Positions 10,683 to 21,560 are shown, counted from the stretch's first letter. The stretch: 35,102 nt of DNA from a virus (IMGVR_UViG_2541047701_000002), one strand, 5' to 3'. A program made the numbers and translations. Notes: generated by a model not told the origin, from the sequence alone.

Positions 10683-11513
10683 ACCGGACTCCTCCTGCGA
10701 TCCCTTCTGATACTGTCATCAGCATTACGTCATCCTCCGTCATGCCCGCCATATCCGGGGAAGCGGGGATAACTTCATTTCCGTCCGGGTCAAAGCGGAC
10801 GCCTCCGGTAAGCCCTGCCGCTTTCTGCATCAGCACATCATCTTCAGGCTCTTCGTCATCCTCACGCCGGTTCAGCAAACTGAAATCCAGCGGATGCATA
10901 TCCGGATCGCTGAAAAACAGGCTGAGCACAGTGTACGTCAGCCCGGAAAAGTGCATATCCAGCAGAACATCATGAAAATAATGGGTACTGTAAAAGCGGT
11001 GCCAGTCGGCATACTCCGTGGATGACATCCCGGCAAGCATGGCGCGCCAGTCAGGTCGCCCCATCTCTCGCGCCAGTTTCAGGGCAAAACTCAGCTCACC
11101 GTCGAACACTTTCCCGCAGAAACAGGCTCTGCAGGCCCGGAGTCCTCTGCCTGGTCAGGGGCATCATTCACCACAAACCCATACATACCGGACAGCCGGT
11201 ACACCACGTTTTCAGCATGAGAAATTGCCTCCGCGGGCCAGGTGGTAAGCACTTCCTGCTCAATCTGTTTAACGGCTTCATTCATGGAAGGCTGCTTTGT
11301 CTTCTGCGGATGGTTATGCCACAGGGACATCGCCACCACAAAAGCACCGGTTCTGATGGCGTCTTCCACAGTAACCTGCCGGTTGCTGTCTGACTCCGCC
11401 TGTTCTGCCTGCTGTTTCATCAGGGCGAGATGCTCAATACGCTGCAGGGCTGACAGTTCAGAAAGCGTGACGGTCACGCCGTTATGTTCAAATGATTCGG
11501 TTTTCAGGAACAT
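10675..11513 (-). CDS. T: Tail assembly chaperone G-T fusion (programmed -1 frameshift product)
   Basis: T-frame ORF 10675-11109 has no independent start context; it joins the G frame at the slippery heptamer GGGAAAG (about 11109-11115) as in lambda. Confidence 0.8.
11091..11513 (-). CDS. G: Tail assembly chaperone G
   Basis: 140 aa, lambda G-like (MFLKTESFEHNGVTVTLSELSALQRIEHLALMKQ). Confidence 0.93.
   Translation of the reverse strand: MFLKTESFEHNGVTVTLSELSALQRIEHLALMKQQAEQAESDSNRQVTVEDAIRTGAFVVAMSLWHNHPQKTKQPSMNEAVKQIEQEVLTTWPAEAISHAENVVYRLSGMYGFVVNDAPDQAEDSGPAEPVSAGKCSTVS
11109..11115 (-). other. G-T -1 ribosomal frameshift slippery site (GGGAAAG)
   Basis: Plus strand ctttccc, minus strand GGGAAAG, at the G/T ORF overlap. 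Confidence 0.8.
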
Positions 11514-11528
11514 CGCTGACTCTCCGGA

Positions 11529-12269
11529 TTAACTGTCGGTGACAGTGATTTCTGCAACCGCAGCAAGTTCACCATTACCGGATACAACCGGAATGTTGAC
11601 CTTGCCTGCAGCAACGCCGTTCACGGTGATGGTCATACCACTGACCGACACGGTGGCTTTTGTTTTATCCGCTGACACCGCACGGAAGCTCTTGTCAGTT
11701 GCGCCCTCCGGCTGGAAGGCCACGGTCAGCGTGGTGCTCTGCCCTTTCACCACCGAGGAGCTGGCAGGCGTCACGGTCATACCGGTTGCCGCCGTCACCG
11801 TACTGCGATCTTCTGCCATTGACGGACGGCCCACATTGGTGACCTTCACCGTACGGGTGATCACTTCCTTCGCCGTCACCGCCTTACCGATACTGCTGAC
11901 CCAGCCACGGAACACATCGACCGTGCCGTTCGGGAAGCGGATTTTATAGGCACGGGTATCACCTTCATTAAACCACGCCAGCAGCGCCTGCTGCCCCTGC
12001 TCTCCGGGCATCCACGCCAGCGTGAAGCTGGTATATCCGGCGGATTTCTGCCCCTGCCCGGTCGCGGTCCAGTCCGCATCTTCATCATCGAGATAACTGT
12101 CGTCATAGGACTCAGCGGTCAGTTCGCCGGGCGTCAGGTCTTTAATTTTTGCCAGACGCGACCAGTCATTGTCTGAAAGCGGGTTTGCATAAGGGTCGCC
12201 GCTCCCGTTATAAACCCACAGTGTGGTCCCGGCCCCTTTCACCGGTGCCAGAGGATTTGGTGTTGGCAT
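11529..12269 (-). CDS. V: Major tail tube protein V (with C-terminal Ig-like domain)
   Basis: Start trimmed 10 codons to [20 protein letters not shown], matching the lambda V start; 246 aa. Confidence 0.93.
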   Translation of the reverse strand: MPTPNPLAPVKGAGTTLWVYNGSGDPYANPLSDNDWSRLAKIKDLTPGELTAESYDDSYLDDEDADWTATGQGQKSAGYTSFTLAWMPGEQGQQALLAWFNEGDTRAYKIRFPNGTVDVFRGWVSSIGKAVTAKEVITRTVKVTNVGRPSMAEDRSTVTAATGMTVTPASSSVVKGQSTTLTVAFQPEGATDKSFRAVSADKTKATVSVSGMTITVNGVAAGKVNIPVVSGNGELAAVAEITVTDS

Positions 12270-12276
12270 ATCGTCC

Positions 12277-12672
12277 TCACATTTCATAGGTAATGACATA
12301 AGTCAGATCGGCTGAACTCCACAGGCCCGCATCATCGTCGCGCCGGTAGTCATAGCCACTGGCCACCATACTGGTGATCAAATCTGACAGTGCCGGGATA
12401 TCGCTCATCACCGGATAAATCCGGGACTCCATCCACGAATCCAGCTCTGAATCCGGCACCTGAGCAGGCAGGAAAACTTCAATATGCAGCTCCGCCTGCC
12501 AGGTATCGCTGTCCAGCTCTTCGCCCGTGTATTCAGCGCCGGTGAGATAAACGGCAATTGCCGGAAAATCTTCCTCATCAAAAACAGCAGGGCGACCATC
12601 AAAAAGCGTCGCCCCGGTGTCATGCTTCTCCAGTGCATCCAGTACGGCTGCACGGAGTTCAGTATGTTTCAT
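12277..12672 (-). CDS. U: Tail terminator protein U
   Basis: 131 aa, lambda U-like. Confidence 0.93.
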   Translation of the reverse strand: MKHTELRAAVLDALEKHDTGATLFDGRPAVFDEEDFPAIAVYLTGAEYTGEELDSDTWQAELHIEVFLPAQVPDSELDSWMESRIYPVMSDIPALSDLITSMVASGYDYRRDDDAGLWSSADLTYVITYEM

Positions 12673-13247
12673 CGCTTTATTACCATTCTCAGTTGATGCT
12701 GCAGCGCATAGCCCAGCTCTTTCGGAAGACGCTCACGCCGTATCCGCTCAATATTCTGTTTAAACGCCGTGGTCAGCGGCACCGCCATCGGGATTTTCAC
12801 CACATCAATGGGGTAACGGTTTTTCCCGGCCACACGCTGCATGACATGCCACCGGCCATTTTTCAGTTGCTGAATAAACGCGCCGGGAATACGACGGTTT
12901 CCCACCACAAGCACGCTGCCGCCACCTTTCAGGGATGAACGCTGCCCCTTTTTACGACGCCTGCGTCGGGACAGGACAACCCGCGCGTTACCCAGCCTGA
13001 TTACGGGCAAATCCCCCCGGTTAACTTTGATTCTGGCCTGCGGATTTTTGACCGTGGCCCTTTTCAGCCTGGCCCTTTCCTTTACCAGTTTCCGGCGTAC
13101 CTTTGTCTCACGGGCAACCAGTGACGCCGACTGCGATATCGCGGATGAAGCAACGCGGTTAATGGCCATTGCGGCGGCACCAGGCACTGCCGTTTTGCTG
13201 ATACGGCTGAGGTTTTCAACGGCCTGCTCAAGACCTTTTATGGCCAT
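12669..13247 (-). CDS. Z: Tail completion protein Z
   Basis: Start trimmed to MAIKGLEQAVENLSRISK (lambda Z N-terminus); 192 aa. Confidence 0.9.
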   Translation of the reverse strand: MAIKGLEQAVENLSRISKTAVPGAAAMAINRVASSAISQSASLVARETKVRRKLVKERARLKRATVKNPQARIKVNRGDLPVIRLGNARVVLSRRRRRKKGQRSSLKGGGSVLVVGNRRIPGAFIQQLKNGRWHVMQRVAGKNRYPIDVVKIPMAVPLTTAFKQNIERIRRERLPKELGYALQHQLRMVIKR

Positions 13248-13258
13248 ACATCCCCCTT

Positions 13259-13612
13259 TCAGCGGCGACGGCTGGCGGCAGGTGGTTGCCCCCGGTTGAG
13301 CCAGAGATAACAACTCCCTCCGTCATCCGGAGAAACACGGTCCACCCAGAACATCTCGCCGTTAATGGTCAGCGTGTCACCACGCCGTACAGCACAAACC
13401 GTATCCGTAAGCACAAATAATGACGGGTTACTTCCTTCAATACGGATCCCACTACTGGCAAAACCCAGCGACTCCGGATCGTCAAAAACGCCATGAACCT
13501 CGCCGCCACGCTGTGCACCGGAGGTGAACTGCGCACTGATGCCCATCACTTCAACAATCGTACTGTCCACCCCGGCAAGGGCGGCATCAAAGGCATTCTG
13601 AAAATCACGCAT
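13259..13612 (-). CDS. FII: Head-tail joining protein FII
   Basis: Start trimmed to MRDFQNAFDAALAG, aligning with the lambda FII N-terminus; 117 aa. Confidence 0.88.
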   Translation of the reverse strand: MRDFQNAFDAALAGVDSTIVEVMGISAQFTSGAQRGGEVHGVFDDPESLGFASSGIRIEGSNPSLFVLTDTVCAVRRGDTLTINGEMFWVDRVSPDDGGSCYLWLNRGQPPAASRRR

Positions 13613-13979
13613 AAACAGCCATTCCACCATCAACGTGTGTTTTTGCATCTGAGGACATAATCAGAATCACCCGACCAACATCCGCAAGCTCAACGGATTC
13701 CCCCGTTTCACCATCAACGCCACAGAGATGGAGGCAGGTCAGAACTCTGATGCGCGTTAACGCGCCGGATGTTTCCTCACGAACATCATGAGCCGCGGTT
13801 TCCCGCTCCCGGATATCCATATTCATAACCTGTACATCATCGCCGGATGACTGCATTTCCTCTTCCCATTCTGCCACCCGCTGCGCTATCTCTGCGGCAC
13901 TCCCGGATATATCCGGCTCACGCCCCAGAATCAGGGCCAGTTCATCAAGCCGTTTCAGATTTTGCTCTTTCGTTGCCAT
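13605..13979 (-). CDS. FI: DNA packaging / head completion protein FI-like
   Basis: Start trimmed to MATKEQNLKRLDELAL; acidic protein in the lambda FI position between E and FII. Confidence 0.8.
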   Translation of the reverse strand: MATKEQNLKRLDELALILGREPDISGSAAEIAQRVAEWEEEMQSSGDDVQVMNMDIRERETAAHDVREETSGALTRIRVLTCLHLCGVDGETGESVELADVGRVILIMSSDAKTHVDGGMAVYA

Positions 13980-13993
13980 ATCAGCCCCCTGTG

Positions 13994-14022
13994 AAAAAAG
14001 ACACGGGGGCATTTCGCCCCCG
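13994..14022 (-). terminator. Rho-independent terminator-like hairpin between E and FI
   Basis: Minus strand GGGGGCGAAATGCCCCC followed by GTGTCTTTTTT directly after the E stop; could attenuate readthrough after the major capsid gene. Confidence 0.5.
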
Positions 14023-14030
14023 CTCACGGA

Positions 14031-15059
14031 TTATTTCACCTGTACCACCACAAACTCATCCGGGTCCGGCAACACCATCAGCGGCGCGGACTGCGTCATG
14101 GTAAATTCACGGGCGGGATCCCCTACCGTCAGCCAGTGTTTCGGATAACGGGAAGAGGCCACCACACCTTCGGACAACGCCTGAGCATCCTGAATGGCAC
14201 CGTAACAACGGATCCCATCTGCAGCAGTATTCCCCAGAACCAGCATGCCATCTGGAAGATAACGTTTTTCGATACCGTCTTCTGCTATATAAGACGTTTT
14301 CGCCACCACAATGGCCAGATCGCCGTAATACCCCTTGAAGGACACCACTGCGCCCAGATCTTTCACTGCCGTTTCGAGTTGAGAATTTGAACCGCGACGG
14401 GTATCCAGTTTTTCGCGGAACAGCTTAAAACCATTCAGAAGACGCCAGACGGTACCGTCCATAATGGCAATATTCACAAGACCGCTGGCCAGGTCGCAGT
14501 AGAGGTCAATATCATGTGTAGGATCGAACGTGTCACGATCCTGTTTTGACCACTCCTTACCACTACCCTGAGTGATGTTATTCTTCGTCGACCTGCCAAA
14601 ATCGACCTCAATTTTCTCGAACTGGTCTCCTTCCATGGTGTATTTGCCATACAACACAGCATTTACCGCCTGCATTTCTTCCACCTGGACAATCGCGTGC
14701 TCTTCCTGTTTGAGGTTATCGGTAATGATACGCAGACGGCGGTAAGCCGGATCATTCAGTTGAGATGGATCTTCACCAGGAAGGCGCTCAACCGCCTGCT
14801 GGTAATTAAATTCGTGTTTCGGCTTGACGTAGCCCGGACGCAACACGCGGGTTTCACCACCACGATGACGCAGCACTTTTCCTTCAACAACCGGGGAGAC
14901 ATAGGCCGCCACCGGCGTTTTTCCGGTAATTTTGTCCAGCATCACCTCTTCGGTATGGAAATTCACCGTACGGCGGAAAAACAGCTCCAGAAACAGCGCA
15001 CGAAATTTAACTTTTTGTTCGGTATAACCGAGTAACTGGCGGGTCGTAAACAATCCCAT
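14031..15059 (-). CDS. E: Major capsid protein E
   Basis: 342 aa; strong match to lambda E (KYTMEGDQFEKIEVDFGRS, GDPAREFTMTQSAPLM). Confidence 0.95.
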   Translation of the reverse strand: MGLFTTRQLLGYTEQKVKFRALFLELFFRRTVNFHTEEVMLDKITGKTPVAAYVSPVVEGKVLRHRGGETRVLRPGYVKPKHEFNYQQAVERLPGEDPSQLNDPAYRRLRIITDNLKQEEHAIVQVEEMQAVNAVLYGKYTMEGDQFEKIEVDFGRSTKNNITQGSGKEWSKQDRDTFDPTHDIDLYCDLASGLVNIAIMDGTVWRLLNGFKLFREKLDTRRGSNSQLETAVKDLGAVVSFKGYYGDLAIVVAKTSYIAEDGIEKRYLPDGMLVLGNTAADGIRCYGAIQDAQALSEGVVASSRYPKHWLTVGDPAREFTMTQSAPLMVLPDPDEFVVVQVK

Positions 15060-15116
15060 AAATCAGTTCCTTTCATTCAGAAATCAGTCAGGCCACCGCG
15101 GTGGCCTGATAACGTG

Positions 15117-15464
15117 TTACGGCAGCGCCGCGTGACTCAGGGCACTGCCAGCAAAGGCGTTGGCCTTTTTGTGTTCATCCACACTTTCAGGCCAGTGGAT
15201 TGCCTCCGTCGCAAAGGTTCCCGACTTGTAATACGTCAGCGCCGTCTCTGTGCCTTCAAGCGGCAGTACCAGTATGCCAACCGCACTACCGGCTTTCTGT
15301 CCGTCCCAGACCACCAGTTTCCCGGTGGCTTCATCCAGCATCAGGGGCGTCAGTGCCGGTGTTGGCGAGGAAATCCCGCTGCTGCCTGTGGCGGTATGAG
15401 CCGGATCATTACCGGCAAAAATACGTACTTCCGCACGCTGTTCAGTGATGGTTTTCGTCACCAT
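15117..15464 (-). CDS. D: Head decoration protein D
   Basis: 115 aa; DPAHTATGSSG...TPLMLDEATGKLVVWDG matches lambda D. Confidence 0.92.
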   Translation of the reverse strand: MVTKTITEQRAEVRIFAGNDPAHTATGSSGISSPTPALTPLMLDEATGKLVVWDGQKAGSAVGILVLPLEGTETALTYYKSGTFATEAIHWPESVDEHKKANAFAGSALSHAALP

Positions 15465-15500
15465 ATTGTAAAAACCTCCTATTGATGGTCAGCACTGACT

Positions 15501-17006
15501 TCATGGCATGGCCATGAGCATTTTCACGTCCGCATCACCGTCTGCTGACGTCTGTGCCACGCCACCCTGTACCGCTGCCGGTGAATGGTTCGCCATGAAA
15601 TGTTCAAACATGGCGGTTGTGGATGCAGAGACCGGTTCTGCCTTACCTGATCCCGCAGCCAGCACAGCCCGGGCGCTCTCCACTGTCATTCCCGGGCAGG
15701 CAGCCAGCTGTTCAGCCTGCGCCTCAGCCCCTTTTGCCTCATCCAGTGCCATGATCTGATCACGGAGTGATGGTCCGGCATCCGCCTGCGGTGAAGCAGC
15801 CAGGATCGGGCGGGCTTTTTCCACCGTCATCTCCGGCATCGCCGCCAGCGTTGCCGCCAGTTGTTCACGACCGTTCGCTTCTTCACACACCATAATGCGA
15901 TCGGCTTCACTCTGCGTGGATGCCACCGGCTGCTGCGGTGCCGCCGCGGCCAGAATCGCCCGGGCCTGTTCAACGCTCATGCCCTGTTGTCCTGCCAGCA
16001 TCGTGGCAAGCTGTTCACGTCCTTTCGCTTCCTGGCATGTCAGGATCCCCATCACTCGCTGGTTCTCCTGCGCGGCGGCTTCCGTTGCAGTTAATTGCGG
16101 CATAGTGCCTCCTCTGACATTACTGTTCAGCGCCGTGGCCATCACACTGATGGCATCCGACGCATTGATTAATTCATCCGCCAGCCCGGCCTCAATGCCG
16201 GACTGACCTTCAAAAACGGCAGCCTCTGTTCCCGTGACGGCATCAACAGACAGACCGGTATACATCGCCACTTTTTCGGCAAACATCCGGCGCGCCGCAT
16301 CAATCCGCTGCTGCATGTCCTGGCGAACCTCTGCCGGCAACGCTTCAAACTGATTGCCATCCACCTTGTGCGCCCCTGAGTAAATCAGCGTGATATCCAC
16401 ACCGGCCTGCGCCAGATGACCGGCATAGCTGACATGGCTCATCATCACGCCAATGGAGCCGATACGGGATGTCTGGGTAACCAGCCGTCGGGAGCAGGCC
16501 GACGCCAGCAGCATGGCTGCAGAACAGGCCGTGTCATTGCACAGTGCCCAGACCGGCTTCTGCTGACGGAGGCGGTAAATCATGTCAGCGCAGTCAAACG
16601 CGCCGGCGGCCTGCCCGCCCGGACTGTCAATGTCCAGCAGTACGCCCCGCACCTGGCTATCCGCCATTGCCTGCTGAAGACAGGCGACAATGCCGTCATA
16701 GCCTGTCATTCCGGAAAATGGCCGCATCCCCCCCAGCCGGTGCACCAGCGTGCCGGTCACCGGCAGTACAGCAATACCGTTCACCACCCGGTAAACACGG
16801 GCCGGTCGTTTACCTCCGGCCATGTACTCGTCCGTTTCAGCCAGCATTCCGGGAGCATCAAACTGTACCTGCTGTTGTGGTACCGAAAGACTTGCTGCCC
16901 CCATCTCGCGCCCGAGCGCGCAAAAGAAAACCCGCGCATAGGCGGGCTCCAGAAGCAGCGGTTCATTGAATGCTGCGGCAATAATGTGTGAAAGATTACG
17001 TCTCAC
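15501..17006 (-). CDS. C: Prohead protease / minor capsid protein C (S49 peptidase) with in-frame Nu3-like scaffold region
   Basis: N-terminal region lambda C-like (AAFNEPLLLEPAYARVFFCAL, S49/ClpP-like core); apparent GTG start overlapping the B end; C-terminal third carries three tandem copies of a ~40-aa helical motif. Confidence 0.9.
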   Translation of the reverse strand: MRRNLSHIIAAAFNEPLLLEPAYARVFFCALGREMGAASLSVPQQQVQFDAPGMLAETDEYMAGGKRPARVYRVVNGIAVLPVTGTLVHRLGGMRPFSGMTGYDGIVACLQQAMADSQVRGVLLDIDSPGGQAAGAFDCADMIYRLRQQKPVWALCNDTACSAAMLLASACSRRLVTQTSRIGSIGVMMSHVSYAGHLAQAGVDITLIYSGAHKVDGNQFEALPAEVRQDMQQRIDAARRMFAEKVAMYTGLSVDAVTGTEAAVFEGQSGIEAGLADELINASDAISVMATALNSNVRGGTMPQLTATEAAAQENQRVMGILTCQEAKGREQLATMLAGQQGMSVEQARAILAAAAPQQPVASTQSEADRIMVCEEANGREQLAATLAAMPEMTVEKARPILAASPQADAGPSLRDQIMALDEAKGAEAQAEQLAACPGMTVESARAVLAAGSGKAEPVSASTTAMFEHFMANHSPAAVQGGVAQTSADGDADVKMLMAMP

Positions 17007-18588
17007 GTGGTGTTGTCTCCTCTTCCGGCCTACGACTCTCCGCTATCTGCTGCTGATACGCCTGCTCTATCCACACCGGACGTGAGAGTCCGGCTTTTTG
17101 CCGCTCAGCAGATTCCCTGACCTGCTGGCGGAAAATGTCCTGATAATCCTCGCCCATCAGCGCCAGCTCTTTCTCATACGTGCTCAGTCCGGCCTCAATG
17201 CGCATCACTGATTCCTGGACTTCCTTGAGCCCGTCAATGGCCATTCTTCCGGCACCAATCCACTCTGCCCGTGACCAGGCTGATCGCGCCTGATAAAAAT
17301 CAAAACGTGCCCGTGGCGGACGAATAATCCCCCGAAGAAGTGCCTCTTCCAGCCAGCAGGAAAACATCTGCGTGGCCAGCCGGGCCGCAATAAATTTTCG
17401 CCGCCCCATAAAATAGCGCCACGACTCATTGGCGGAGGCGCGGGCACTTGAGTAACTGACCTTCGAGTAATCACGGGACAACTGTTCGTAGGAAACGCCA
17501 AGACCGGCGGCGATATACCGCAGCAGCGCCTGTTCAAGCGCAGAAAATCCATTGTCTGAATCCTGCGCAGTCTGTAGTTTCAGATCATCACCAGGGAAAA
17601 GGTGCGGAATTTTGACACCGCCCAGTGTCACGTTATTCGTGTCATACCAGCTGGAAAACTTCTCCAGAATATTAATAAGCGGATTATCCTTCTGCTCCTG
17701 TGGCGCGCCGGCGATATATTCAAAGGCCTTTTCGGTATCAAGTTCACTTTCAATCGTCGCTGCATACATCGCCTTCACTATGGCCGACTGAAGCTGTGTT
17801 GCCTGCAGGGAATCGAGCATCTTCAGCCGTTCCATGACGCTGTAAAACTGATTAGCCCCACGGGTCTGCCCGTCCTCCACCGGCTCGAAAATATGCAGCA
17901 TGGCCGGACGCCCGGTGGGAAGTTCACGCGGGATCCGTTCCCATCGTCCACTACCAGAGAACGGAAAATCATCCTCACAGATATGGTACGCGACGGCACG
18001 GCCATATCGATCGACCTCCACACCGGCCCGCAGAAAACGGTTCCCCATACCGTGTCCAGGCGTGTCCACCCGTTTCGGACTCACGGCTTTAAAACGCGTA
18101 CGGAATAACTGCGTGGTTTCCGTATCCCAGACCGGCTGCACAAAGATTTCGCCGTTAAACGCATGAACGCCCACACCTTCACGGATAAATTCCGTGAACG
18201 TGCGTTTTCCTTCCACGTCGATCTCGCCAAACATCCCTTCGGCGTATTCCGACCAGGCCGCCTCCACCTCATCGACAAAGCTTTTTGCTGCGGTCTCCCG
18301 CATCCCCAGCCAGCGCCAGTTCGGACGGTAGCTGATCAGAAACATATGCCCGACAATGTGATCCTTATGCAGAGCCACCGCATTAGCCGCTATTCCGTTA
18401 TTGCGCACCAGATCATCTGCCCGGGCATTCCCCAGACGCAACGCGGGCAGCAGGGCCGCATCGGCACTCTGCGCCGGTGGCAACCACTCAGCCATTTGCC
18501 CGCCAAATCCTGCACCGCCCCCGTTGTAGCTGAGACTCTCACGAAGCGGAACGCCGTTCACATCAATCAGGACAGGCGTTCGTTTCAT
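16996..18588 (-). CDS. B: Portal protein B
   Basis: Start trimmed to MKRTPVLIDVNGVPLRESLSYNGGGAGFGGQ (lambda B); ATGA overlap with the W stop. Confidence 0.95.
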   Translation of the reverse strand: MKRTPVLIDVNGVPLRESLSYNGGGAGFGGQMAEWLPPAQSADAALLPALRLGNARADDLVRNNGIAANAVALHKDHIVGHMFLISYRPNWRWLGMRETAAKSFVDEVEAAWSEYAEGMFGEIDVEGKRTFTEFIREGVGVHAFNGEIFVQPVWDTETTQLFRTRFKAVSPKRVDTPGHGMGNRFLRAGVEVDRYGRAVAYHICEDDFPFSGSGRWERIPRELPTGRPAMLHIFEPVEDGQTRGANQFYSVMERLKMLDSLQATQLQSAIVKAMYAATIESELDTEKAFEYIAGAPQEQKDNPLINILEKFSSWYDTNNVTLGGVKIPHLFPGDDLKLQTAQDSDNGFSALEQALLRYIAAGLGVSYEQLSRDYSKVSYSSARASANESWRYFMGRRKFIAARLATQMFSCWLEEALLRGIIRPPRARFDFYQARSAWSRAEWIGAGRMAIDGLKEVQESVMRIEAGLSTYEKELALMGEDYQDIFRQQVRESAERQKAGLSRPVWIEQAYQQQIAESRRPEEETTPRET

Positions 18589-18791
18589 AACCTCACTCCC
18601 AGCGGACGACGGCGACACCGGGTTGTCCCCAGTACCGACTCCGCATCATTGATCGCCCGGTTAAGCTCATCCAGAGAAGCCGCCGTATATTCAATTCTGC
18701 GACCATCTTTCTGGACAGACACCACCCGTTTACCGGTTAATAAATCAAGGCGCGCCTGACGCAGCGCCTGCAGTTCAGCGACTGTAACCAT
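18585..18791 (-). CDS. W: Head-tail joining protein W
   Basis: 68 aa, same size and position as lambda W. Confidence 0.9.
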   Translation of the reverse strand: MVTVAELQALRQARLDLLTGKRVVSVQKDGRRIEYTAASLDELNRAINDAESVLGTTRCRRRPLGVRL

Positions 18792-20703
18792 TCACTCCTC
18801 CGGACAGCTTCGCTGCCAGTTCTTTAAGGGTTGGCCGGGTCGTCTCTTCTTCCCGGGATTTTGCCAGTACAGCCAGATCAAGCTGCCAGCGTTGCACGGA
18901 CACACGTAATGCCGCGTAGGCATACACCAGGCAGTCCAGCGCTTCGTTACGCCGCTTTTTGTTATCCCACAGCAGACGCATCTTTCCTTTTTCCCACTTC
19001 TCCACAAGCTCTTCCGCGACCAGTTGCTGCGCCTCTGTCTGCGAAAAAATCTCCGGATCATCAGGAAAACGGATAGCATACGACGTGGCTTCATCCACAG
19101 GCGTGGGATCGGCTTTCATACGGGCATAGAGAATTTCTTTTGCGGTGTCCGTCCCCACTTCACACAGATACACGCCCCGCTGATTGCGGGTTTTTGGCAT
19201 GGTGATCACCGGCTTGCCATAGACAGATGCGCCTTTTACCGGCAGCACCCGGAAAACACCGTGTTTTTTTGACCTCTGATAAACGATTTCGCCATCGATC
19301 CCCCCGATGTCCCAGCAGACACGGGAAATGGTCATTTCGGTTCCGTCTGCATGGCGGTATTTTTTGTTGATCGCCGCATCCACACGTAACAGCGTCTCTT
19401 CCTCATCGGGACGCCCCATAATGATGATTTTATCCACCAGAAAGGCTTCCTCTCCCGGAGCCCATCCCCAGACATACATCTCAAAACGGTTTCGCTGCGA
19501 GTCAATGCCCGCCGTCAGATAAACCACCCGGGCAGGCACCGCCGCCGTGTAACGCACAACCTTATCCATCAGCACCTGGTGATCGAGTTTTTCGCCCACA
19601 GCCTCTTCCCAGGTCTCGCCCAGCGTGGTGTTCACAAAGGTTTTCAGGCCGTTGGGATCTTTCAGTGCATCCAGCCAGTCATAGACAATCTGTACCCAGG
19701 TGGTGAACGGACTGTACGCCGTCCAGATATGGAAAGTGATGGAGCGCGGCGGCGGAATTTCATCACCCCGGGCGCTGAAAAACATCAGGCCGTCACGGGT
19801 CCACATGCCCGTGTTTTCACAGATCCACCGCCCGTTACTCTGGTCAAGCTCAGACTGATGGATCACACAGCCATGATGCTCACAAAGGTAGAAAACACTT
19901 TCTGGCTTATTCTTCTCCCACTTAAGACCGAAAGGCGAGGCATCATCGCCAAATTTCAGATACTGCTCCTCCCCACAGTGCGGACAGGGCACATAAAAAC
20001 GCATGAAGTGTGCCGACTCGTTAGCGGCTTTTTCGATCTGGCAGGAGCCTTTGATTTTAGGCGTCGAGCCGCGAATGGATTTTGGCCATACAGAGCCCTC
20101 AATACGTTTATCCCCCAGCAGGGTTGGCGAACCCTCTTTTTCAACATCCGGTTCGAACGAGGAAAGCTCGTCATAACAGACCACATCCACGGATTTTTCA
20201 CGGTAGTTTTTTGCTGCCGCACCACCCAGACACCAGAACCCCACACCGGAGGAAAAACGCTTCAGGGTGAGCGTATTATCGCGGTGTTTTCTTCCGAACC
20301 ATGGAGCCAGCTCCAGCAATGCAGGAACATCCCTTATCGTTGGCTCAACATGAGATTTCATAAAATCTTCAGCAGCTGAGTCCGTGGGCTGAAAAAGAAG
20401 GCTGTTGCGTGATTTATGCTCAATAAAATAAGCCTCCACTCCCAGCAACATCTTTGTATAACCAACACGGGCAGATTTAATCAGGTTAACCGTGCGAATC
20501 AGATCGTTGCCCATACAGTTCATGATGCCAACCTGAAACGGCAGTGTTTCCCATCGCCCCGGGGTATAAGACGACTCTTTAGGAAGGTAATAATGTTTAT
20601 TGGCCCACTGAACTGTCGTCAGTGGAACAGGAATAATGAGAGATAAAAGCCCTGTAGCTATCGCACCGGCTGCATTAGCTGCCTTCTGCGCGTCTGAAAT
20701 CAT
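18775..20703 (-). CDS. A: Terminase large subunit A
   Basis: Lambda gpA-like across its length ([20 protein letters not shown], ATPase and nuclease regions); start trimmed to MISDAQ, overlapping Nu1 by about 29 bp as in lambda. Confidence 0.95.
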
Positions 20704-21223
20704 CGATCCACCCGCCCACGTTTTCACCGGCCTTAGCTGCAACATTGGAGGCTTTCGCGATTTCAGTTTTCACCACATCAAGGTGTGATGGTGAAATGTC
20801 CGGATATTTACGCTGTAATGTCAACGGCACACGCACAAGTATCCCCGAAATCTCCTGTGCCACACGTTGCAGAATGAAGGTAAACAGTTCAGTTTCCAGC
20901 ACTACTCCGTCTTCACGGGCATTTTTCAGTTCCTGCGCATCTGCCTGCGCTTTTGTGAGCCGGTAGCGTTCATAGTCAATGGTGCCGGGTTGTAAATCTG
21001 ACTCCGCTGCCGCACGCAAATCGTCCAGTTCTTTGCGGAGCTTTTCGTTTTCGATATCAGTTTCCCTCTGCGCATACCACTGAATTGCCATGGCAGTATC
21101 AAATACAGATTCAATGCCCTTACTACCTTTGGAGGCGCAAGGGAGTCCCTGAGACTGCCAGCGTTCAATCGTCCGCGGGTCCACGTTGAAAATTTCGGCA
21201 AGCCTCTTTTTATTAACCTTCAT
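20675..21223 (-). CDS. Nu1: Terminase small subunit Nu1
   Basis: 182 aa; [28 protein letters not shown] winged-HTH N-terminus like lambda Nu1. Confidence 0.95.
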
Positions 21224-21412
21224 GAAAACAACCCATTATCAAATACAAGGCCCGACATGAAAACGCCAGAAAAAGGCATTTTCGGACACTTTCATGTCGG
21301 ACCTTTACGGATGCAATATTAAAAAAAAACAAAAAGTTATATTCGAGAAGTACCGACACGATTTTCCCTGAAAAATTTTCATAAATAGTGAAAAACCGCG
21401 AGGTCGCCGCCC
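21224..21412 (-). other. cos: cos site: cosB (Nu1/IHF binding region) plus cosN with lambda-identical 12-nt cohesive end
   Basis: Minus strand GGGCGGCGACCT at about 21401-21412, followed by CGCGGTTTTTCACTATTTATGAAAATTTT as in the lambda left end; 11-bp inverted repeat CCGACATGAAA / TTTCATGTCGG at about 21252-21300. Confidence 0.85.
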
Positions 21413-21560
21413 CGTAACCTGTTGGATCGACGGAAAGGACCCGAAAACGAGAATAATTATCACTTACAGCAAGAATCGAATCTGATCTATTATGGTGCTT
21501 GCTATTATGTGCCGGCACAAGTGCGTCGTTTACCGTCATTTCACACAGAGGCATCATCAA

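Noticed and set aside
16416-16991. 191-aa and 141-aa plus-strand ORFs
   Set aside because: Antisense to gene C; composition consistent with shadow ORFs.
19579-20379. 266-aa plus-strand ORF
   Set aside because: Antisense within the terminase large subunit gene A.
21213-21560. 115-aa minus-strand ORF spanning the cos site
   Set aside because: Runs through cosB/cosN, which must be non-coding; no RBS; AT-rich junk-like translation.
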